A stretch of DNA of 64,000 nt, taken from positions 1 to 64,000 of IMG/VR virus record IMGVR_UViG_3300031800_000001, one strand, 5' to 3'. Source of the DNA: a virus. This document shows positions 27,159-34,596 of the stretch, one piece after another. Below the pieces are notes generated by a model, which did no database searches, was not told the DNA's origin, and saw only the letters and a program-made list of their open reading frames with translations. The translations under genes were made by a program, and so were the position numbers. Each line of letters starts with the position of its first letter. Position 1 is the first letter of the stretch.

Positions 27159-27440
27159 ATGAGAAACATCATCAACGCAAACAACGAAGATTCAACCGAA
27201 CCCTTTGCAGTAGCTCTGCACGTCATCCTGCGCAACTTCTGGGAGTATTACCTAGAAGAGCCAGACGAAAACGGCATTGCCTTTGGCTATGTCATGGGAT
27301 TTGAAAATGAATGGGGCAGCGTTTACTTACCGGAACTCAAGCCGTACATCGTAAGCATTGCACGAGGCAAGGAGCTTGATTACATAATGCCACCCGAAGG
27401 ATATTATTGGGAAAACGAAAATGAATTTGACGTTGACTGA
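27159..27440 (+). CDS. DUF2958-like hypothetical protein
   Basis: W.YY..E.....FGYV.GFENEWG.V.L.EL pattern. Confidence 0.55.
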   Translation: MRNIINANNEDSTEPFAVALHVILRNFWEYYLEEPDENGIAFGYVMGFENEWGSVYLPELKPYIVSIARGKELDYIMPPEGYYWENENEFDVD

Positions 27441-27690
27441 GTAATCGGGCATCGTTGAGCCTGTCGCCCTCGTGGCGGTGGTAAAGGGTTGCTCGCTGAT
27501 GGCGGCAACCCCGCTCTCAATTTATTACCCAGACTGGTGAGCCTGTGGATAAGTTTTCCTTGACGCCCCCGGCGGGGGACCCGGACTTATTCACAATGCA
27601 AGCTTATTTTGTGAATTGTGTGTGAATAAGTTTATCTCGCCTTTTCCGTTTTTTTAAGGTATACTTTACGTATTGAAAGTGAGAGACGCA

Positions 27691-27852
27691 ATGACTGAAG
27701 AACAAAAGAGAGAAGAGCAACGCAAGACAGAGAACCGCTTGCAGCGTTGGAATGAATCCGTTGCGAAGGTGCAAGCCCTCCAAGCGGCGTGGCAGAGAGA
27801 AGAACTTGCCCGCAATCCCAACAAGGTTTTCTTAAAAGAATTTAACAGGTAG
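27691..27852 (+). CDS. hypothetical protein (53 aa)
   Basis: Ends KEFNR* like 24791..24994, with its stop in the dyad repeat. Confidence 0.55.
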   Translation: MTEEQKREEQRKTENRLQRWNESVAKVQALQAAWQREELARNPNKVFLKEFNR

Positions 27853-27884
27853 GACTGCGGATGTCCCACCTCGTGTGGTATACT
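27848..27884 (+). promoter_or_regulatory. dyad/extended -10 promoter repeat, copy 4
   Basis: Same consensus and spacing as copy 1. Confidence 0.8.
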
Positions 27885-27890
27885 AGACGC

Positions 27891-28073
27891 ATGATTAAAA
27901 CGAATATGAAAAACAAAAACGAAAAAACAGTGAAAGTCTCGCGGGTCAATCAGGCCACGGGCAAACGGGAAACCGTTTCAATCCCAGCAAGTGAGTGGAA
28001 CAACGCCGGACAAAGCCGCGTGAATGCTCTCATTCAACAAAGCGTGGACTACGCAAACAAAGTCGAGAGGTAG
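27891..28073 (+). CDS. hypothetical protein
   Basis: Shares N-terminus MIKTNMKNK with 26852; stop in the next repeat. Confidence 0.6.
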   Translation: MIKTNMKNKNEKTVKVSRVNQATGKRETVSIPASEWNNAGQSRVNALIQQSVDYANKVER

Positions 28074-28105
28074 GACGGCAGATGTCCCACCTCGTATGCT
28101 ATACT
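28069..28105 (+). promoter_or_regulatory. dyad/extended -10 promoter repeat, copy 5
   Basis: Same consensus and spacing as copy 1. Confidence 0.8.
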
Positions 28106-28129
28106 AGACGCAGTTAGAAGATAAAGAAT

Positions 28130-28297
28130 ATGAAAAACAAAAATGAAAACACAAACGAGCTGACCTTCAGAGGTTGGCACAGTGACGAAAACGAAACCTT
28201 CACGGGTGTTCGCAATGACAGTTTCGGCAATGATTGCCGTGACCACGACCAAGATGCTTGGAATTTCGAGATTGACGAAACCGATTGCTGGAAGTAA
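28130..28297 (+). CDS. acidic hypothetical protein (55 aa)
   Basis: ORF after repeat; N-terminus MKNKNE shared with neighbour. Confidence 0.55.
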   Translation: MKNKNENTNELTFRGWHSDENETFTGVRNDSFGNDCRDHDQDAWNFEIDETDCWK

Positions 28298-28302
28298 AAA
28301 TT

Positions 28303-28497
28303 ATGAAACACAACATCCAAAACGCAAGCGCGTTCAAAACTAAACAACTCGGCGACAAGCTCAACAAAGTAATTGAGCGAATCCCGAAACTCAAACTAAC
28401 AAGAGACGACGAGGATATGCTTCACATCGTTGCGCTCATCACCTTTATTGTAACACTACTCGGCACAGCACTTGTGATTTTAGCATTGGCATTTTAA
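28303..28497 (+). CDS. hypothetical membrane protein
   Basis: C-terminal hydrophobic helix. Confidence 0.55.
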   Translation: MKHNIQNASAFKTKQLGDKLNKVIERIPKLKLTRDDEDMLHIVALITFIVTLLGTALVILALAF

Positions 28498-28659
28498 TTA
28501 TGATAGTAGAAAACAAACAGATAAAAGTAGGCGATGAGATTCGCTTTGGAATGCAGCTAATGATAGTTGATGAGATTACAGAATTTAACACCATCATTGC
28601 AGTTGATGAAGATGGACAAGATTTAGAACTGACAGAGAATGAAATTGATATTTATTAAG

Positions 28660-28818
28660 ATGATGAAAACTAGAAAATACACAAACCTACTACTGGAGCG
28701 CATTGAAGATGGCCTGTATGATAAAGACCAAGTGATTATGGCTTGCGTTAAGTATATGAGCGAGGACGACGTGCAGGATATGATGGATTGCAATGGCCTG
28801 TTATTTGATGAGGATTAA
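28660..28818 (+). CDS. hypothetical protein, duplicate of 25275..25454
   Basis: Near-identical nucleotide and protein sequence. Confidence 0.75.
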   Translation: MMKTRKYTNLLLERIEDGLYDKDQVIMACVKYMSEDDVQDMMDCNGLLFDED

Positions 28819-28943
28819 AGTTAATAACTTTTGTTTGACAAAAATCGGGGACCCGCCGAGTTATTCACAATGCAAGCTTATTTTGTGAATACTTTGAATA
28901 ACTACACCCTTGACAAACGGGGTTTTTTGTGGTATATTTAGGT

Positions 28944-29096
28944 ATGGTAAACGAAGAAAGCATCTACAAAGTGACCTTCAAATGGACAGGTCAAAATGAG
29001 TTTGTGAAAGCTCGCAACGAAGCCCACGCGCTGCGCATCGCCTCCCGTTGGGGAGCCATTGAATCAGTCGAATTCGACTGTGAGGAATGTGAATAA
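28944..29096 (+). CDS. hypothetical protein (50 aa) ending in a DnaA box
   Basis: ATG 5 nt after TATATT; ends TGT GAA TAA. Confidence 0.6.
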   Translation: MVNEESIYKVTFKWTGQNEFVKARNEAHALRIASRWGAIESVEFDCEECE

Positions 29097-29163
29097 GTTT
29101 ATCTCGCCTTTTGGGCGAATTCATGAGACAATATAAACAGTTAAGAGAAAGAAAATTAAGAAT

Positions 29164-29433
29164 ATGAAAAAAGAAAACAACATCACAGAAGCACAACTCC
29201 TGCTGAATCAGGAAATCGTCGTCACCTCTCACCTCTCACGTTTCACAGGCCGCAAGGGTCGCGTGAATGCCATCTCGGCAGATGGTCGCAGCCTAGACGT
29301 TACCCTCGAAGGCGTGGGCGATGTATTCCTAGACGTTTCCCTCGTGGGTGAAATCCAAGAGCAAACCTATTTCGCCAAAGGTGAAGCAGACCTCGGCCCA
29401 ATCGCCAACAGCGTTGTGCAAGCCCACAAGTAA
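29164..29433 (+). CDS. KOW/SH3-like hypothetical protein, paralog of 26852..27154
   Basis: Shared motif through EIQEQTYFAK...LGP.ANSV. Confidence 0.7.
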   Translation: MKKENNITEAQLLLNQEIVVTSHLSRFTGRKGRVNAISADGRSLDVTLEGVGDVFLDVSLVGEIQEQTYFAKGEADLGPIANSVVQAHK

Positions 29434-29454
29434 AAACTCAAACCTTAAAAAATT

Positions 29455-29667
29455 ATGACTAAACAACATTTCGAATTTGTCGCCTCACTAATCAACGCCG
29501 CTACCAAAGGCGTTGCACCTCAACACCTCGCCATCTTGGCCGCTGCCAAGTTCACGAAGGACAACCCACGCTTTGACAAGGGGCGTTTCTATAACGCTTG
29601 CGGGTTATGCTCTGACGGCACTCCCAAGGTCGCGAAGATGTACGGATTGGAAAATCACGCACTATGA
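29455..29667 (+). CDS. phage hypothetical protein
   Basis: MTK.HFE..A...F..DNPRFD..RF..ACG motif. Confidence 0.7.
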   Translation: MTKQHFEFVASLINAATKGVAPQHLAILAAAKFTKDNPRFDKGRFYNACGLCSDGTPKVAKMYGLENHAL

Positions 29668-29740
29668 AAATGAATATTGACAGGCAATGCCTTTACGGAA
29701 TATTTATAGCAATTATTTTAATATTAACCAACTAAAAATT

Positions 29741-29923
29741 ATGAAAAAAAACAACCTACCCGTTATTGGTAAAATCCAAGACGTCAACGACGAAGCCAAC
29801 AAACTTTTCAGAGATAAAGTTATGATGCCAATGGTCACATTTGCTGTGACAATTATGTTCGTTGCAATCATCCTTGACTATGGCTTCCAACTTATTGACG
29901 CAATCGACATTCTGTGCCAGTAA
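29741..29923 (+). CDS. hypothetical membrane protein
   Basis: Hydrophobic helix. Confidence 0.5.
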   Translation: MKKNNLPVIGKIQDVNDEANKLFRDKVMMPMVTFAVTIMFVAIILDYGFQLIDAIDILCQ

Positions 29924-30049
29924 GTTTTACTTGACACCTCAACCCCAAAAATGGGGCCCCCGAAGTTATTCACATGTCAAGCGCTTTTTGTGAATAACTT
30001 GAATAAGTTCACCATTGACAAACCGCTCTTTTTGTGTTATATTATAACA

Positions 30050-30274
30050 ATGGAAACGATAATGATTAGCCCGACGAACAAAGCAAGCCAACGCACAAAG
30101 AACCGCATCCGTGAGAATGGGCCTGTGTTCAGTATCGACTTGAAGGAGGAAACGCAATGGCTCTTAAGGGCTGGCGTATCATTCAACGGAATCGTCTGGA
30201 TGGGCTGGCTACCTCGCAACGAATTCCACGTTGAATGCGTGGGCAAAAAGTTTATTGAAAAGGTTTTAGGGTAG
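30050..30274 (+). CDS. hypothetical protein
   Basis: ATG 6 nt after module -10; S.RTKNRIRE.GP motif; stop in dyad repeat. Confidence 0.65.
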   Translation: METIMISPTNKASQRTKNRIRENGPVFSIDLKEETQWLLRAGVSFNGIVWMGWLPRNEFHVECVGKKFIEKVLG

Positions 30275-30306
30275 GACGGCAGATGTCCCACCCACTGTGT
30301 TATACT
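30270..30306 (+). promoter_or_regulatory. dyad/extended -10 promoter repeat, copy 6
   Basis: Same consensus and spacing as copy 1. Confidence 0.8.
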
Positions 30307-30312
30307 ATACTT

Positions 30313-30567
30313 ATGATTATGAAAGACAACAAAGCAAACAACTTGCGCGAGGGCGCAATCTACATTAACGCCAACTCCGGCACGCCTTGCCGCTTGGTCA
30401 ACATCGTACCCTGTGAAGGTGCGTGGCTAGAAACCTTTGACGGCCAAGGCTACGGTGACACCGTAAAATTTGAGGATGTGCATTATGCAGATTCTGATGA
30501 TGTCCAAGATTTTTTGGAAGACCATCGCGTTTATAACGCAAGTGAGAAAGCTCCAAGCAGGGATTAA
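30313..30567 (+). CDS. hypothetical protein, related to 20140..20508
   Basis: ATG 6 nt after TATACT. Confidence 0.65.
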   Translation: MIMKDNKANNLREGAIYINANSGTPCRLVNIVPCEGAWLETFDGQGYGDTVKFEDVHYADSDDVQDFLEDHRVYNASEKAPSRD

Positions 30568-30828
30568 GTCCAAAGGCCCGTGGTGCCGGAGAGCACCTTA
30601 AATATCGAGGGCCACCCCACCTTAATACTCGAAACTGTCAATAAGTTTTTGTTGACAGACGTCGGGGCGGGGGGTATCTTCAGTCTCCCCGGGAATCTCC
30701 TCGCTATTAATATACAATCTATTAATTTACAGCAATAATTAATAATAAATAAAACTCAATTCAAAAAAACCCCCGGGGCTTTTTGTTTTTTCTGGTCTTT
30801 TCATTTACTATGTTGTAATATATAACAA

Positions 30829-31256
30829 GGGGGCGTACTGGTTTCGATTTGAAGCTTTACGCCAGATTGCAAGTAGAGGATGACGGTTGGCCTCTTAAAA
30901 AAACTGTCAAAAACATATATGCCAATGATGACATTGACATGGAGATGGCCCTTTCTGTAGACGAGGCTGACGAGATTCTCGCCAAGTTCGGATACGTTGA
31001 GGAGGAAGCCCTCTTGCTGGCAGTTTAAACCTGCCCCGTCCTACTCTGGATGCTCGTTAAAGAGCTAGGGCGTCGACAGCGAGCAAAAAACTGGACAGAT
31101 GAAGGGAGCCAGTATAAATAATCTCTTCATAAGTTCGCACAGGTCGGTTAGTCAAGTGACCCACCAACGCGAGTAAGAAATAATACTTGACTAAGCTTGT
31201 AGTATATCTGTCTGACGGTTTTGAAGACGTGGGTTCGACTCCCACCGCCTCCACCA
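30829..31256 (+). ncRNA. ssrA: tmRNA
   Basis: 5' GGGGGCG-TACTGGTTTCGA; 3' GTGGGTTCGACTCCCAC-CGCCTCC-ACCA with G3:U70; tag ORF 30921-31028 ANDD...LLLAV*. Confidence 0.95.
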
Positions 31257-31355
31257 ATTTTGGCTAGTCGTAGTGTGAGCTCGCACATCTCTATCCAGTC
31301 TGCAGGAATGAGAAAGACCGGAGTTGCTAACCGGCGGCTAGTCATTTTTTTTAAA

Positions 31356-31562
31356 ATGGAAGATCTAATCATAATTTTGATTGAAGAATACCGAGAACAG
31401 GTAAAAAATAGTCAAGACGAAGGAGAAAAAGAGATTCTCAGCGGTGTAATTAATAGATTGGGACGTTTATTATATGAATATAGGCCTTCTGCCACATTTA
31501 AGCTGTTAGAACATGAATCACCTGTCGTTCACATCTCAAAAACAAAAAAAGAAGAAGCTTAG
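31356..31562 (+). CDS. hypothetical protein
   Basis: ORF after tmRNA. Confidence 0.5.
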   Translation: MEDLIIILIEEYREQVKNSQDEGEKEILSGVINRLGRLLYEYRPSATFKLLEHESPVVHISKTKKEEA

Positions 31563-31717
31563 CCTACTTGACGACCCAGATTTAGATCCCGATATTAAAA
31601 TTTTCGTGCTTTTTTATATATTTCTTGTTGTCTTACCTGAGCTCTATGAAAGAACGCCAAAAAAATGTTTGAAAAATCGTAAAAAAATGATAAGATGGTT
31701 AGAGAAAGAATTAAAAA

Positions 31718-31924
31718 ATGGAAACAGAAAAAACGATGACTAAACAAGAAGAAAATTGGCTACTGATGACTCTATTGCAAATCCCTTGGGGTGAAGCGAA
31801 CCAAATTGATGACCCAGAAGACAGAAAATTCCTTGTGGGGAAAGCGAATGAGCTAAGACAGGAGCTGATTCGTCAGCGAGACGCCGCTGAAACGCAATCC
31901 CAGCTTATAACGCCGCATTTATGA
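31718..31924 (+). CDS. hypothetical protein
   Basis: ORF in coupled chain. Confidence 0.55.
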   Translation: METEKTMTKQEENWLLMTLLQIPWGEANQIDDPEDRKFLVGKANELRQELIRQRDAAETQSQLITPHL

Positions 31925-32250
31925 AAGACTATACATTACATGTGAATGATTCTAAAGAGTTGTTCAACAGTCAGGGTGAAAAAGTATCAGAGCTTGATAT
32001 TATTCTTCAAGTTTGGCAAGATTTGAATCGTCTTGGAGCTTCCGGCTTGCACATAGAAGACGAAACTGTAAAAAATGTATTAGAACAAATTATTATATCA
32101 GAATTCAAAGGGCTGCCCGAGGGGTACGAAATAGTGCAGAAGAAAATAACCCGAGAGCAGGCTAAAGCGATGGGAGTTGAGTTACCTGACTTTGACGCGA
32201 ATATGGATATCAACGAGGTTGTGCGCGGTCAAAATTTGCTTTCTAGGTAA
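31921..32250 (+). CDS. hypothetical protein
   Basis: ATGA overlap. Confidence 0.6.
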   Translation: MKDYTLHVNDSKELFNSQGEKVSELDIILQVWQDLNRLGASGLHIEDETVKNVLEQIIISEFKGLPEGYEIVQKKITREQAKAMGVELPDFDANMDINEVVRGQNLLSR

Positions 32251-32280
32251 ATTCTTTTATTTTGTGTAATTACTAATAGA

Positions 32281-33045
32281 ATGCCTCGTAAAAAACCGAA
32301 ACAAGTCGAGGGGGAACAAAAAGGTCAGCTAAACAACTCCATGAATGGAGGCCTCCCCGTAATTAGCAATCCATTAAAAACACAAATCAAGTTAAGACAG
32401 TTTCCTTGGACAGATAAACAAAAGGAATTCTTTAAAGTCGCACTCAATCCATCTACTAGAATAGTATTTGTTGACGGTCCCGCGGGCACAAGTAAAACTT
32501 TACTCGCAACTTACTGTGGTCTTCAGCTTCTAAATATGCATGCTGCTTCAGATATTTGCTATTTGAGGTCTGCTGTCGAATCTTCCGACTCTCATCTTGG
32601 GTTTTTGCCCGGATCAGCGGATGATAAATTAAGATTTTATAATTTACCCTTTATTGATAAGCTAGACGAACTTCTAATAGGTACGAAAGTGACAAAGCTA
32701 GAAGAAACTGGGCGGGTTTCTATGTTTCCTATTAATTTTGCTCGTGGACTACACTGGCCAGACAAGGTAATCATTATGGACGAGGCTCAAAACTCAACAG
32801 AGCAAGAAATAGTGACGGTTTTAACAAGAATGGGCAAGAATTGCCGCTGCTTTGTGTTAGCCGACCCCATGCAAACAGATTTAAGGCGTTCCACCGGCGG
32901 CTTTCAGAAGATGTTTAACATTTTTTCTGATGAAGCTAGTAAGGATATGGGTATACATACATTTGAATTTGACGAGGATGATATTATGAGATCAGAGTTA
33001 GTGAAATACGTAGTGAAGAAACTTAAAAGCGTAAACAAACAATAA
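32281..33045 (+). CDS. phoH: PhoH-family ATPase
   Basis: GPAGTSKT, LGFLPG, RG, IIMDEAQN, LTRMG, D..QTD, DIMRS.LV. Confidence 0.95.
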   Translation: MPRKKPKQVEGEQKGQLNNSMNGGLPVISNPLKTQIKLRQFPWTDKQKEFFKVALNPSTRIVFVDGPAGTSKTLLATYCGLQLLNMHAASDICYLRSAVESSDSHLGFLPGSADDKLRFYNLPFIDKLDELLIGTKVTKLEETGRVSMFPINFARGLHWPDKVIIMDEAQNSTEQEIVTVLTRMGKNCRCFVLADPMQTDLRRSTGGFQKMFNIFSDEASKDMGIHTFEFDEDDIMRSELVKYVVKKLKSVNKQ

Positions 33046-33104
33046 ATTGGTTTTCTCAACTGAAAGTTGCTCAAGCGGCTTTCTGTAATTATGGAGGAAT
33101 AAAT

Positions 33105-33329
33105 ATGGTTAAAGTAGAATTTAGCTACGGTGACGGAACCAGTGAGGGTCTTATGATGACCGATCATGAAGCGAGTGTGGAACTTCAACATTTCTTGAAC
33201 AGATACCCCGACGCGGGGAAGAAGCAATGGATGGCCAAGATGAAAGGTAAGAACATACCCTGTCCTTGGCAAGATAATCACTATTACGGAATCAATGAAA
33301 AGCACCGGGTAGATAATGGACTAGCATAA
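33105..33329 (+). CDS. hypothetical protein
   Basis: GGAGG SD. Confidence 0.55.
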   Translation: MVKVEFSYGDGTSEGLMMTDHEASVELQHFLNRYPDAGKKQWMAKMKGKNIPCPWQDNHYYGINEKHRVDNGLA

Positions 33330-33530
33330 CGAAAGTTAACCTTCGTAAAGGTTGGTTACAGTAATCGTGATCCATTGTTTGTTAATCAATTCCTAACCGG
33401 ATAAGTTTTGGCGTTGATTTACTACAACCCTTCGTCATTTATTTACACTTGTTTAAAAACCAGCGGTTTCTATATTTTATAAATATTGTGGGGTTTTTTG
33501 GTCTAGGTAATTATTATAATTTGAATAGTT

Positions 33531-33902
33531 ATGAAGATTTATTGTACCAAATGCGGTAACGGGGCTGCGTACACCTCGGAGAAGCCCAACTTCTGCATGA
33601 AGTGTGGCACACCCTTCACGGGGTCTGTTGCGCAAGCATCGGAGGTTGATGATGCCGCAGAGGGCGATGAGCCCTCTGGAGAATCCATCCCTAAAATTAA
33701 TAAATTAGATTTTGAAATTATTAGTGAAGTGGTTTCACCGAAGGTCACCTTGGGCACAATCTTTCAAGATGCAGCACGACAAGATGCCCCGCCTCAAGCA
33801 GACGCAGATTATCAAGCACCCGGAATGAGCCCGGAAGAAGCCATGGAAGAGTTCAAGCGTGAAGCAGGCACGCTAAGACCAGACCGAAACAAGGATGGCT
33901 AA
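33531..33902 (+). CDS. zinc-ribbon domain protein
   Basis: YCTKCG...FCMKCG. Confidence 0.75.
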   Translation: MKIYCTKCGNGAAYTSEKPNFCMKCGTPFTGSVAQASEVDDAAEGDEPSGESIPKINKLDFEIISEVVSPKVTLGTIFQDAARQDAPPQADADYQAPGMSPEEAMEEFKREAGTLRPDRNKDG

Positions 33903-34596
33903 TTCGAAGAACAAGGAAGCGAAGCGTCCTCGCTATGAGGATGTAATCTCAGAAATCAACACCGAAATCCAAAAAAGGAAGGGTAAGTGGAATCTTACCA
34001 TTCTATCTTGGATGGATTTTGATGATGTTTCTCAAATTATAAGAATCCATATATACAAAAAATGGCACCTATACGATCCGACAAAACCCCTTGGCCCTTG
34101 GTTAAATAGAATAATCTCCAACCAAATAAAAAACCTAATAAGAAACAATTATGGAAATTTCTCCAGACCATGTTTAAAGTGTGCTGCCGCCGAGGGGGAG
34201 GACCTATGTACCATATACCAAAGACAATGCAACGACTGCCCACTGTATGCCAACTGGGAAAAAAGTAAAAAAAGAGCACACGACACAAAATTACCAGTAT
34301 CGTTAGAAAATCACTCTCAAGAAGTATTCAGTATGTCTTCTGACTATGTAGATGTCGAAAGGTCGGCGGTAAAATTGCATAAGAAAATGAAAAAAGTACT
34401 AAAGCCATCCGAGTGGGCTGTCTATGAAAAATTATATATAAAAAATATGGACGAAGAAAAAGTCGCTAAGATTATGGGGTATAAAACGTCTGAGAAAAAT
34501 AGATCACCCGGATACAAGCAACTCAAGAATATAAAGAAATCAATAATTAAAAAGGCAAAAGCACTAATATACGAAGGAGACGTGGATATACTATGA
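33895..34596 (+). CDS. sigma-70-family (ECF-like) sigma factor with Cys-rich insertion
   Basis: Region-2-like DDVSQ......KKWHLYD.....WL.RI..N...N..R; HTH-like L...E......Y....EKVAKIMG. Confidence 0.7.
   Translation: MANSKNKEAKRPRYEDVISEINTEIQKRKGKWNLTILSWMDFDDVSQIIRIHIYKKWHLYDPTKPLGPWLNRIISNQIKNLIRNNYGNFSRPCLKCAAAEGEDLCTIYQRQCNDCPLYANWEKSKKRAHDTKLPVSLENHSQEVFSMSSDYVDVERSAVKLHKKMKKVLKPSEWAVYEKLYIKNMDEEKVAKIMGYKTSEKNRSPGYKQLKNIKKSIIKKAKALIYEGDVDIL

Larger units (their letters stand above)
18453..30700 (+). repeat. array of repeated DnaA-box/GC-core/promoter modules separating mini-gene cassettes
   Basis: Modules near 18460, 20565, 22945, 24300, 24650, 26480, 27530, 28835, 29930 and 30650 share CTTGAC..CGGG-N-CCCG; the fuller copies add TTATTCACA..GTCAAG..TGTGAATA..TTGACA-17-TATATT. 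Confidence 0.85.

Noticed and set aside
24990-30306. GGTAGGAC...GTCCCACC repeats as a CRISPR array
   Set aside because: Copies are 220-2200 nt apart and separated by genes, each is tied to a -10 box, and no cas genes are present in the window
25003-30312. ORF-track N-termini MSHPLCYT.. and antisense MGH..SY ORFs
   Set aside because: They are translations of the promoter repeat; real starts lie after the -10 box
18453-30700. Integron cassette array
   Set aside because: No RYYYAAC/GTTRRRY attC ends and no integrase in the window; cassettes carry their own promoters
18453-30700. Bacterial chromosomal oriC
   Set aside because: The boxes are dispersed over 12 kb among phage-type mini-genes, with no dnaA/dnaN/gyrB context
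31057-31372. ORFs overlapping the tmRNA 3' half
   Set aside because: Shadow ORFs of the RNA gene
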